Source of the DNA: Octopus sinensis
Lineage: Eukaryota
Direction of reading: 5' to 3'
NCBI RefSeq assembly: GCF_006345805.1
Contig: NC_043000.1
Span: 105,462,001-105,526,000 of the forward strand
DNA: 64,000 bases
The translations under genes were made by a program, and so were the position numbers. The notes under the pieces are model-generated. The model saw only the letters and a list, made by a program, of their open reading frames with translations, had not been told where the DNA came from and searched no databases. The stretch's first letter is position 1. Every line of letters starts with the position of its first letter. Below are positions 13,427-26,698 of this stretch, piece after piece.

Positions 13427-13548
13427 AAGAAGAAGAAGAAGAAGAAGAAGAAGAAGAAGAAGAAGAAGAAGAAGAAGAAGAAGAAGAAGAAGAAGAAGAA
13501 GAAAAGAAGAAGAAGAAGAAGAAGAAGAAGAAGAAGAAGAAGAAGAAG
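13398..13548. repeat. (GAA)n microsatellite
   Basis: Direct reading. Confidence 0.95.
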
Positions 13549-13866
13549 AGATAAATACAACCTTCTTAAGTACGAAATAGCCCGGTTATGGAAAGTGAAG
13601 ACGGGAAAGATAGTGCCAATTATTGTTGGGTCCTTGGGAACAGTATCAGAAAGCATTAAGTGGAATATCAAAGAAATTGGAAGAGTGCCCACTAGAACTG
13701 TTACGAAAGGTTTCCCTCCTTCGCACAGCCAGAATAATCAAGAAAGTACTAGATAGCTGAAAAGAACGGATAGCATGGTACCGTAGGCTGCAGGTAGCAA
13801 GCCTACTACGCATGCAAGATTCCAGGAGTTCCAACAAAACTTGTGATAAAAAGAAATAATAATAAT
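13549..13866 (+). mobile_element. R4/Dong LINE 3' end (third subfamily)
   Basis: DKYNLLKYEIARLWKVKTGKIVPIIVGSLGTVS..LLRKVSLLRTARIIKKVLDS* plus a TAA tail. Confidence 0.82.
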
Positions 13867-13999
13867 GATGATATTTACCCTAAGCGTCGGGAAGGCACTC
13901 AGCAAGGAATGGAAACAAAATTGAGAGAAGAAACATTCATAATAATAATAAATAGTCCACAACTTTAAAAAAGTCCCCATCATATCGACGTTGAACTTA

Positions 14000-16480
14000 T
14001 CAATAAGAATAAGATTGTTGCTTAATCATTTCTAAAAGCTTAGCTCTTAGAAATATAAAGTGATGTTCATAAGCATAAGGCTAGTCATGCATTTCCAAAT
14101 TGTGCGTTTTACAGTAACGTTTTAAAATGCCGTGATATATAAATGATAACGATACTGGTTGTGTGACGTCGAAGAAGTAATCACTGTATTGTACATTTTA
14201 TTTTTTGTTTATCAAGGACAATATCTCGTTTAATATAAATATATTATTCTATCATCAGGAATAGAGTATTGGGAAAGGGCGAAGAATATTAATGAAGTGT
14301 ACTTCAAGTCATGAAAATTCTTACTTGCAGAAAGAAAACTATAATTTATAAAATGAAGCAATGAGTAAAGCAGCAATGAGAGTTGTTTCAATGTTAGAAG
14401 ACAATTATATTGCTGGCTAGATCATGATATTGACTTGTTTTGTCAGAGACGCTGGGGTCACTTTCCATAGTTCTTCAGGGTAAATTTGTGAGTGCTATAT
14501 TGGAAGTTTTGGAGATATAACTGAACTTCTAATCAAATAAAATAGGAGAATGAAACAAAACCCAAGTACATCATTTATGAGGGCTCTACTGCAAAAGTGG
14601 ACATCCGTTTTTTATTGATTCACACAGATTGTTTCAATTGCAAATGTTGGTAGAATAATTTTTTTTCCATATTAAGTCTTCATAGCAAACAAATGATTCC
14701 AAGCAGAAGTAATGTGCCATCATTGAGTTTTTGATGAAGGTGAGGTGCAGAGTATCCAGCATTCACGGAAGGCTACAGATTGTTTACGGACAAGAACATT
14801 ATGATGACAAGAACATTATGAACAGATGGATGAAAAAGTTTAAAGAATAGGAAACCAGTATTGAAGACCAAGCGCTCAGTGGTTGGAAAAATTGATTCGC
14901 GCGAATTGATGAGTCACAATCCATGAGGTAACTGCTCAACTGGATTGTGGTCACACTTCATTACAAAAGATGGTGGAAGACTTTGGTTATCGGAAGGTGT
15001 GTGCCAAAGAGGTACCTCGGTAGCTGACAGCTGAATTGAGGGAGAGGAAGATAAAAGTTTGCTCTCATCTGCTGGAAGCATTTGAAGCTAACGAAGACAC
15101 CTACTTCTCAATCTGGTGACAGGGTATGAAACGTAAATGTATCTTTATAATCCGGAAAGGAACAGTTTTGTCTACGGGTTGGCGTCACACCTAAGCTCCA
15201 TAACCTAAGTAGTTCAAAAGTCTGCGATCAACACAGAAAGTTATAATGACTGTTTTGGAGGAAAATTTATATAATCCATTAAGGGAAAAAAACTGAACAC
15301 GGATCTGATAACTATCCGTATTCATCATAACAATACGCGATCGCAAACATTTTTGACAAATTATTAGGTAATTGGTAAATTGGATTGATCAGATGTCCCC
15401 CGTTCTCTATTTAGTCGTATCTAGCGCCTTGCGATTTCTGTTTGTTAGTTCCGAAGAAGGATAGTCTTCAAGGACAACAATTTAATGACACAGAAGAGGT
15501 GAAAGTGGTTATGAAGAAGTAGGTGCAACAGGGCAAACATGAGCATTTTTCAAAAATGATTCGTGAGTTGGGTTCAAGGATGGCGCAACTACTTTAAAAA
15601 GCACCTTAGTATAGAGCTAAAGCTACTCCACAAACATGTGCAATTTGAACTACCCACGTCATTTAATTAAAAAGTTGTATCCATTTTTGCATTACTTTAG
15701 GTACAACTCTCATATCAATTTATACAGAAGTGACTTCGTTAAAATCAGTGGATCATTTTTACAAAAAATATTTTAAAGATGTAAAACCTACAAAGTATTT
15801 TGTAATCGAGCGGCTGTTCTCACATAACCAAATACGAAAAATAGTGGCGATATTAATGTTTCAATCATATATGTTCAATTGCGTTCATGAATTTTCTAGA
15901 ATGATGGCTGAATAAATTACAGTGAAAATCTTAAACTTCATTTGAAGTTTATGTGGGACAAGCCAATGATAATGGCGCCAATATGGTTGTAAAGTAGAGC
16001 AGTGTACTGGTTATCGTAAAGAAAAAGAATGGAGACTGCATTTTCTTTAGTCATGAAAAACATATTCCGAATCAGGTTCTCTACATAAAAGGCTCAATAT
16101 TTTCAGTTCAAGTAACCAGGGTAGAGGATACTGAAAGAACACCTTCCTGCCCACTATTGCATACAATATCATTGACTATTGAATGTGTTAGACCAATTGC
16201 ATGGTATATTAGACAATGGTTTTGGAATCTGATGTACGGAGTATCAAAATTTAATCGGATATCTTTGAAAGTGGACCAATGCCAACAGTTTGGATAAAGT
16301 TATTACTGTAATCCATGGAATCAACTACAGGAAGATATCCTGAAACAGAGAGAAATTATGCTTGAATGCTTCAATAAAAATTTGGTTTTAAAGAGTTTTG
16401 CTATTTGGAGATGATGCCGAAAATTGCTTTTTAATTAATGTATTCTTAATTGACTTTATTATCGATGGTCTTCCCTGCAG
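14000..16480 (+). mobile_element. Decayed hAT (ZMYM1/Tip100-like) transposase, split by a mariner
   Basis: RYWL..SLYCTFYFLF and SHENS (TTF zinc-finger-like) at ~14150-14320. VHHL|S spans the mariner. GQANDNGANMV at ~15955 corresponds to the GQxYDNxxNM motif. Confidence 0.6.
14576..15714 (+). mobile_element. Degenerate mariner (Tc1/mariner) element
   Basis: Termini TAtgagggctctac / gtacaactctcaTA. Peptides WMKKFKE, GYRKVCAKEVPR (WVPR), LVTGYET (TGDET), HHNNTR (HHDNAR), LAPCDF. Confidence 0.85.
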
Positions 16481-18191
16481 TCAGGGACATCTGCGGGCTT
16501 TTTGAAGGTTGCGGCACTTTTAGCGGTTAGATGCGAATGAGTTTTTTTTTTTTGTTTTTGTTTTTTTTTTACAAAGAGTTAATCAGTTTTGGTGTGATGA
16601 AAATGCTTCTTTTTAAAAGAATTTCTGATAGGAATTTCAAAGTCGATGATGTTTTAGCGAAGAAAATTTATAATCGAATAGCCAAATTGATATTGTACTA
16701 CGTTTTATCAAATGTTCTCATCGCGTTGTGAATTTTTCTGTCATTGCCAGCAACGGAAGTTTCTAGTGAGAAAAATTTCATTGTCCTGCAACGAAATTAA
16801 GTCATAATCGGTCCGCAATTGTGCCAGAATCTTTTAAACATGCATACTGAAAAGGCAAAATTGCTTGATTTTTCTTGAGTAATTGATTAATTTGCCAATT
16901 ATGAAAATTATGAAAAGCATTTTCTAATGTAAAGAAGTGATGACTATTTCTGAGTGGAAAATCTGAATACAAAATAAAATTACAGTATATTTTCTTACAT
17001 AGATTTTTGATATAATTCCTTGCAGTTACCGTTTATTCAAAGTATTCTAATTCATCTATTCCATTTTGCTATCCTTAAAGTACATTATGTACACTACATA
17101 TAGACGCGCGTATCCATAACCTATATGGAAATCATATGCATTTAGTTCTAATTACAAAAATACTTAATTGGTAGTTTGAATGGAGTTCTGCATTTCACAT
17201 TTATTCTGGGCTTATCATGGCCTTTTCTTTTCAGGCCAACTAATTACTACTTGAGTATCAGACTATGCATTCTAACATACAGTAATTTATCTTATGCTGT
17301 ACGGTGTGGCAGCCCGGACATATTACAATCTGTCTAATTAATGCCGAGTGTATTTCCTCTATTCTTTTTTTATGTTTGTTCTTTTCGTAGCATTTGCTTA
17401 GCTCTAGATTAGACTTGATCGAGTAGACATTTCATCGAAGGAGTTCCAGTCATAACTATCTCGTCTTTTTCTTTTCTTTTTTTAGACACAATATATATAG
17501 GAATATATTCTACAATGTTTTTTTTTTTAAAGATGATAGTTTCTGGTGATGTCCACAATAAAAGCGAGGAAATGTCATTCGTTTGAAGCGTTACAGTTCT
17601 TCCAATGTGCGTGTCATTGATTACGTGCACCTCAGCAGTATTGGGAACTAATAAATTTGCTAGTGTTTCAACTACCTTTACGTATATTTCCTTTTGCGTG
17701 TAGTATTATGATATAGTAGTGTTCTGGGATGTTGTAGATGTGCCTATGCATGTGAGAAACGAAATAGAAAATGGGATTTTGTGGATTGCTATTTCCCGTA
17801 GAAACAAACTGCGTGCATCACATTTCCAAATGATGTTACATTGGGAACATTTTTTCGTCTTTCATTGTGAAGGTGATGTATGAGTGGCTATGATTTATAC
17901 AAAACTTATAACAATGGGAAATATTGATTTGTGTTCTTTGTGGTTTGCTGTGTTATTTTTACAAAAACGAGGACCAAAATTGGCCTAATATCATCCCCAA
18001 TGGATTTTGTGTATCTTTGTGCGCTTGATTTTTCTTACTCTGCGTTGAACAAACATGATGACCGTTTTGCTTTTTTCTATGAAAGTTTTGCTTGCTGTGA
18101 TATTGTGAAAATGTTGTAGTATACCTTGAAAAGTATTACGTGAACATACACATGTGTGTGTGTGCGCGCGCACTATGATATACCTATTTTA

Positions 18192-18508
18192 TCTTACTAT
18201 AATGGGCGTTATTTCCGTCCGACGGTCAAACGGCTGAACCAATGGTCACGGTGTTTTTCAGGATTACGAAGAAGGTAATTAGGAGAGGGTTTTTAACGAA
18301 AAAATTGTGAAAAGGTATGGTTATTTGGCGGATATTGAATTTTGTATTAATAAATTACCTTTGATTTTTTTTTAGTTAAAATTCCGGCGACGAGGATTAA
18401 CTCTGGATTTCCTCCTCTCTCTTCACACCCCTTATAGTTCATGAACTTAGAGAGCTTAGATCCACGATACTTCCCTTTATTTCCCATTGTGAATGGGTAG
18501 ATTTGCTA
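18192..18508 (+). mobile_element. Short non-autonomous Helitron
   Basis: 5' A|TCttactataatgggcg. 3' hairpin CCCATT-gtg-AATGGG followed by tagatttgCTA. Confidence 0.75.
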
Positions 18509-19624
18509 TCTTATTATAATGGGCGTTATGTCCGTCTGTCAGTCCGTCTCTTTGTCTATTCTCTCTTCACAGCCAGAAAGCTGGACAAATGGTTACGATA
18601 TTTTTCGGGATTACAAAGATGGTCGTCAGGAAGGTTTTTAGCATTAACAAATCAGAAAGTATGATTATTTCGTGGGTATCGATTTTTGAATTGATAAACC
18701 ACCTTCGCATTTTTATTAAAAAATTCACCGACCACGAGTAACTCTGGATTTTCATCATCTTGTTCGTAGCCCTGTCGTAGATGCGAAGTGGGTGGCGAGG
18801 ACGGTTAATAGCGAAAATAAAATGTAAAAAGTGTGTGTCAGTATATAGTGTTTGCGATTATTTAGTGGTTATTGGGGTGTGTCAGTCTTGAGCAGGATTC
18901 GAAACAGCTAATCGAAGCGGCTGTTATTTAAATCTCAGTTTTGTCAATCAAAATAACCCATGGTACCAGAACATCCAGACATTATTCGCATAGAACAGTG
19001 AGAGGTAAGTCTTAGTTTGATTTTTTGCAACCCTAAAGATTCTGCTCGCGCATTCACGGCAAACAAGGCACAGGGCCAGACTATAGATCGTGTAGATGTA
19101 TTTTTAGCCGCTCCGGGTTATACGTCACTATGAGTAGAGCAACGGACTCCAGTAATTTGAAAATTAGTGTCGACCAAACAGAAAATATCTTCTACAAAGA
19201 AGTTTTGTAATCATATTGATATTATCGAAAGGAATAGGATTCATAATTTAAATAAGTAAATTTGTGAACTTTGAATGTACAAGAGTATAAACAAGCGTAA
19301 AATAGTGTAAACAACTAAAATTAAAGTATATCTAAATATCGTATTTATGAAGGGGTCGAAGGGAGCTCTGGCTTTCGCTAGGACTGGTCCACATAACCAT
19401 TCATGATACAGAGGCTGGGAGCCTATTTTTGTTCGGGAGTGAATCGTCATCACATGTCACTTAGTCGCAACCACGTCATATAGCTGCAATAGGAATGTTG
19501 TATCACCGACAATAATGTGATTTCTCTAAGACATCACCCAATAATCTATCAACTCCATTTACACATTTCTCAATACTTCCCTCTCTCATTTTATGCCTCC
19601 ATCGTAGATGGGTAGATTTGCTAG
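18509..19624 (+). mobile_element. Deleted Helitron retaining the RepHel helicase C-terminus
   Basis: 5' TCttattataatgggcg. RAFTANKAQGQTIDRVDVFL..LYVTMSRA..TENIFYKEVL* (Pif1-like motifs V/VI) at ~19045-19210. 3' hairpin ccatc-gta-gatgg, then CTAG|T. Confidence 0.85.
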
Positions 19625-19929
19625 TTAAAAGTAATGATTGGTTTTATTTGAAGTTCTCTAATGTTTCTGAAATGTAGTCCCTGATATACAAAAGACGGAA
19701 TGGTGGTGGCTGGAACTTCTTTGATCATATATCAGCTTGATCAGGACTGATTTAGACTTAAACAACAACATCAATAATACAAACATCAACATACCATTGC
19801 TATCAACATTATTATCAACATCATCAGCAACAACAAGATCAACAACTTTGTATTCTTTTCTTGTTTTGTTTTGTTTTTAAACTGTTTAACGAAGAAAATC
19901 CCCTTCAAACATGCACATATGCAATGATG

Positions 19930-19968
19930 ACACAAACACAAGTTTCACGAATGAAGAACAAATTTATT
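19930..19968 (-). terminator. Candidate polyadenylation signal
   Basis: Minus strand AATAAA (19968-19963) followed about 20 nt later by GU-rich ttgtgtttgtgtc. Confidence 0.4.
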
Positions 19969-21106
19969 GAAAATAATCAGCGAAATAATAAACATTATTA
20001 AGATCACTATTATTATTTTTTTTTATCATCATCATAAACAGTGTTTATCAACTATTCATGCATGTATATAATATACAAAATAAGTGTAAGTTACAGACAA
20101 CACCAACATGCATTACAAACAACATCGATGAGTTGAACTACATTCGATGACAAAGACTAATTCAATATACAGGGAGAGAGGCATCTCTTCAAACTACGCG
20201 GGTAAAGCTGCTCAATGCATTTGTTCAATTTGAACTACATATTATGACAAAGACAACACAAACGTATGTTAAAAGGAGAGGTTCATTTTATATATAACGA
20301 GAGATAAAAACTGAATTTCTTTTATTTTTCATTATTTGCGAGATTGCGAGAGAAGAAAGGTGCAGCAATGTGTAACCAATATATAATGATATTCTCTACA
20401 GGAAAAAATATTACTAAGATAAAGTAGACAGTGTTGTGTCAACGAGAGAAAACTAAAGCAAGCTTTTCTTGTGTTATCTTGAGAAAGCCAGTAGAAATGT
20501 ATAAATCTACAGTGGTGATATAGAATAATAGTAATGGTGATAAAACTGCTAGGGCTAAAGTGTGTACTGTTATGGACTGTTTTGACTATGTAACACAATA
20601 TATTACTAGTACTGATTAGAAAACCGCATAAAGCAAATAATATATGCTAAACTACACAACATTCAATAATATTCAAATATTAGTCTCGTTCACAATATAT
20701 GCGCTTATTCATATTGTTGTATGCAGCCACACATATAGATACACACACGCAGGCACACACATGCACACACACACACACATATATAACCACACACATACAT
20801 ATATCAAAATCAACCAATTATTAAATAATATATGTAACTCCGACTAAAGTGCTAGTTGCCACTTTCATTTGCATGCATACATACATACATACATACATAC
20901 ATACATACATACATACATACATGCATGCATACATACATACATACATACATAAATACATACATACATGCATACATACATACATAGCATATATCTATTCACA
21001 AGATAACACATTATTCACATATTTACGATAAGCGCCATTGCAGTCTCTTCATTGATTTAAACAACACTCAATAAACCATCAGGAAAGTGATGTGTGTGTG
21101 TGTGTT

Positions 21107-21147
<41 letters not shown>

Positions 21148-21331
21148 ATCAACATATAAATGTAGATGTATAGATAGAATCACAGATAACTATACACGCA
21201 CATCCTCACACACACACACACATATATGAATGTTTACATATATCAGTATCTATAGATATAAATACAGATATATATTTATGTAAAAATATATACATGTATA
21301 TGTGTATGTATTTATGTGAATATATATATAT

Positions 21332-21362
<31 letters not shown>

Positions 21363-21407
21363 TGTGTGTGTGTGAGAGAGAGAGAGTGTGTGTGTGTGTG
21401 TGTGTGT

Positions 21408-21449
<42 letters not shown>

Positions 21450-21933
21450 GGTTTTTCAATTCGGTTTTAATAGTCTGATGTCCGTATCGAGTGATTATTT
21501 ATGCAGCCAAAATAATGAAAGCAGTACCAGATTGCTGAAATTCGTAATGACGTTGAGTGCTGCTTTATTGAAAGGTTCATTTCCATTCCAACCCATATTC
21601 TTATTTCTAGTTATCGCATTTTACTTCACATTATGCTCTTAGCGATTTTGCAAAGGCATGAAAGTTACAACTTTTTTCTCTTACGTAACATGCAGGTCTC
21701 GTATGCCTAAATATCAAATGTCAAAGCGTAGTTTTGTCCAACACAGTTAGTGGGTGTGCTGTACTTTTTGATACAGTACCGCAGTGACTCCATCCACAGA
21801 TTTCTAAAAACTAATATGGACCAACTTGTTTCAGTTTTTGAATGTTTGATAAAAACAGCAATGTATATGAGACCCAGACAAACACACGCAAACACACACA
21901 TACATATGCACGTACACAAATCACTGCATATGC

Positions 21934-22222
<289 letters not shown>

Positions 22223-22810
22223 ACACATACTACAACTACTACTACCACAACTATTACAAATAGAATTCAGTTTTTTTTTTATGTCATGACAGAAAAGTGT
22301 ACTTGTTTTGGTTCCTGTTTGCATGTATATATATGTATGTGAGATGTTTCTGATGTTTCTTAAGGTGGTGGTCTTCTAGAGATCTGTAACTGTATCTCTA
22401 GTGTATCTGTAATGCTCTTGTTGATCTGATGGTGGGTGGTTGCTGCAGTCGTAGTTGTGGAGGTGGTTGTTGGTTGTGGTGCATGAGGTAGTTGTGGTTG
22501 TTATGGCCGTGGTGGTAGTTGTGGTAGTGGAGGTAGTTTTGGTTGCTGTAGTGGTTGTGGTGATAGTAGTAAAACTTTGGGTAAAATAGCTAAAACAAAG
22601 AAGCTAAGGTCGGATAATGTGACTTTTAACACGAACAATGACATATTTAACTTTAAAACCAAGAGAAATTCAATGTTTGTGACATTCATGCCTTTGATGA
22701 TAACATTTCCAAAGTACGTGAAACGGTGTGATAAAATGGCCGCCATCTTGAATCAAGGATGCTTGCATGGGAATTGTCCTCTGTTCTGCAACACTCAACA
22801 CAATAATAAG

Positions 22811-23224
22811 AATGGTTCCAAATTTTGGCACAAGGCCAGCAATTTTTAAGGAAAACAGAGTTAGTCGATTACATCGACCCCAGTGCTCTACTGGTGCTTA
22901 TTCTATCGACCCCGAAAGGATGAAAGGTAAAGTTGACCCCGACGATATTTGAACTTAGAATGTAAAGAGTCGGAAGAAAAGTCGCTAAGCATGGTGTCCG
23001 AGGCGATAACGGTTCTGCCAACTCACCGCCTTTAATAATTCTTTCTAATCTTGACACAAGGGCAGCATCTTTGAGGGAAGGAGCAAGTTATTACAGCCTG
23101 ACTAGTGCTTATTTTATCTATCCCAAGGATAAAAGACAAAGTTAACCTCGGCGAGATTTGAACTCAGAATATACAGAACCGGAAGAAATACAGCTAAGCA
23201 TTTTGTCCGACGATTATGCCAGCT
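22811..23224 (-). mobile_element. Two tandem family A SINEs (22811-23030, 23040-23224)
   Basis: Reverse-complement core atcgaccccgaaaggatgaaaggtaaagttgac, tttgaactcagaa, ctgccaactcaccgcc. Confidence 0.85.
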
Positions 23225-23276
23225 TATAACATGATACTTCCTTTTTATTTTTTGCTATTATCACTGCTGCTCCTAA

Positions 23277-23475
23277 GGTGGCAAGTGCCTTGGACAAAAT
23301 GGTAGGTAATATTTCTTCTGAGATTTTACGTTTTGCGTTCAAATCACGCCGAGATCGACTTTGTCTTTCATCATTCCGGGGTTGATAAGATAGAATACCA
23401 GTTAAGTACTGGAGTCTATGTAATCGACTAGACTCATCCCCTAAAACAGTTAGCCTTGTGCCAAAATTTGAAACA
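23277..23475 (+). mobile_element. Family A SINE
   Basis: gttcaaatcacgccgagatcgactttgtctttcatcattccggggttgataa..gccttgtgccaaaatttgaaac. Confidence 0.82.
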
Positions 23476-23581
23476 ATTATTACAGCAGTTGTGTATTCTT
23501 CTTTTGTTATTAATGTAAATTTAAAAGTAGACGTAATTATTGAAATTCATTCTCTTTGGGCTATCGTCAAAACTATCAATT

Positions 23582-23613
<32 letters not shown>

Positions 23614-24147
23614 CGTCGTCGTCGTCGTCGTAGTAGTAGTAGTAGTAGTAGATTTTGTTGTTGTTTAAGCTCAAATCTAACCTGTTGGAGTATACTTATA
23701 ATCAAAAATACTCCGTTTGTGACCATTGCATTTATTGGACTGAACTATGTAATGTATCCATTCTTTATTATTCAACACACTAGGGTGTGATTTGAATGAG
23801 TTTCCGCTACTATTTCTAACAGTTTGAGAGACATCATGAAGATGGATCGTTGGTTTATATTTGTTGTTCTGGCGGTCGTCTTTATGTTGTTACTGTTATT
23901 GCTGTTGCTGTCTATACATTTTTGTCATTGACAATACAGGTGTAGTTGCTGATGCAGGTGCTGCTATTCCATCTGCAAATGTCTATAGATGGAGCAGCTG
24001 TTATACACTTTTAATGACATTCAAGAAAAATTACAATACACAGGGAACACGTACACACACACACACACACACACATGCACACACACACACGCACAACACA
24101 CACGTAAATAGGCATATGCATATATCTATATGAATATATAAATATAT

Positions 24148-24263
<116 letters not shown>

Positions 24264-24375
24264 CTTGTACATATAGGTGGAGGGAGAGAAATGACGAACC
24301 AAAAAAGGCAACAAGACAGGATTAATAAATTCATGGATCAAAATTATTTTCACACTCGAAGAAATGGAAGCAACG

Positions 24376-24448
<73 letters not shown>

Positions 24449-25445
24449 GTAAGTAGTGATTTAATTGATGGAGTACACCATACATTCTCCATGCGTTGAA
24501 AATTGTCTTCTAGTTGGAGAATGAAAACAAAAATGTTATGGTAATTATTAGCGACTGTTAACTATAAAGGGAGATAATTTCATGTAATTAAATTTAATAT
24601 CACGGAATGATATAAATGTTCCTGCTAAATGGAATATTCTCATGTTTTTTAAGCATGACTCTCATGTTTTTTATGACGTAAGTGGGGATGAGACGGGCGA
24701 TAAAATAAAATATATCTTACGCAATGACTGAATATTGCGTAAGATACGTTGTTGAGGTAAAAAAAAAAAAACTTTCTTCGAATGATCTATAGATTTTATA
24801 ATAATCAAGTTGGATTATTGTAAATAATTTTTATTCATATTTATTCTGATGAGAATTTAGTAATCTGTTGAACAAAAGAATATACATGGAAACAAAAAAA
24901 AACTTCAAGAAAACTTTGTGTCGTATATACAAGTGTGTGTGTGTGTGTGTGTGTGTGTCTGTGTGTGTAGTAACGCGCGCTTATATGCACAGGTATACAT
25001 ACAATATTCAAAATTCTGAGAGAAGTGTATAATAAAATGATCAAGTGTAACATATCAAGATTACATAAACAGCATCGTGCCAAGGTGGAGGGTAATGGAA
25101 ACGTTGGCAGGAGGTAAATGTACATGAAGACTTTATTCTAATTAATTTCGGTCATTGTCTCCTCGAATAAACACAGAGCTAGCTAGCTAGCTTGGAAACA
25201 AGCCAGCAAGATATGTGATGAAAACGAAATGTCGAACTATAAGGTATATTATATATGTATATATATACACATATATATTATATTTGTATATGCATACATA
25301 TATATATATATATTATATATATATATATGCATATATATATACACAGATGTATACACACGCACACACATACACACACACACTCACACACACACATATATAC
25401 ATACATATATATATATATATTATGTACGTATAGTATATGTATAAG

Positions 25446-25525
<80 letters not shown>

Positions 25526-26622
25526 GAAAGCAATAGTTTAAAGGTTTATGAAATCTGCTCAGGTCATTTTGATTTCAATCCTTGAAGAGATCAGAACTAC
25601 CAAAACATTCTAAACCTAAAACTACTGTTCAATTATATTTATATATTCGCCTCCAAAGTTTTCACTACTTTAGGTCATTTTGGGGATGTATTTGTTCTCA
25701 CGCTCAAGAACATCATTTGTATAAACAGAAACTTTAAAATCGTACACATAAATTTATAAGGATACAAAAGAATTAAACAGGGTGCATTTATTTTTTAAAA
25801 TGGTGAATGTATTAATTGGATTCTTTTCTCTCTTATTTGCGTTTTTGGTTATTAATTTCAAAGCGAAAGTTAAAAATTGAATGTTTACAAAATCACACCC
25901 GACTGCATTTTATTCCATTTTTTCTTTTCTTTTCTTTTTTTGTAATTTTTATTGTTTTGTTTTTGAATCGCATACGTAATGATAAATAGGGTACATAAAA
26001 TATTTTCTGATTTTCTTTTAAATGTTATATCATTAATAAAGAAGCAAATTTAAGACATGAAGTTCTTTGAAAGAGAATATATTTTAAGAATGATTAATGG
26101 TGACGTAATAGATTCTAAGTCATTTCCTTAGGCACTCTTGACTTCTTTTTTCTTTTTCGTTTTCTCTTTTGAAATTTTCGGATTTTTGGGAGAATATTTT
26201 TTTTAATTTTCAATTTTCGGTTTTCAATTATATTTCAAATTATTAAAGAAGAATGCGATTTGGGATAAAAGAAAAAGTAGTTATTTCGCCACATTGTTGT
26301 GGAAATTTTCATTCTCACATTACAAAGAAATTCATTTAAAAAATACGGATTAGTGATATTAAATATAGAAAAGAAATGATATAGTGCAAATTTCTTTACA
26401 ATGGTTCACTGTTACATTTAATGTGAGCTATGTAGCTTATTTGAATCAACTCGCCCTCTTCAGTAATTGACTGATGCTTATTTTATCGACCTCCAGAGTA
26501 GATTCCTAGCGGTATTTGAAATGAGAACGTAAAGGGGCATAATAAAATACTGCAAGGAATTTTGACAGAGAATCTCTTATCTGTGTCACTCTATCACCCT
26601 TGAAATATTAATAATATTAATA

Positions 26623-26698
<76 letters not shown>

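Noticed and set aside
17400-18120. Possible transposase remnant on the minus strand (KKCSQCNIIWKCD)
   Set aside because: A single weak motif; the family cannot be supported.
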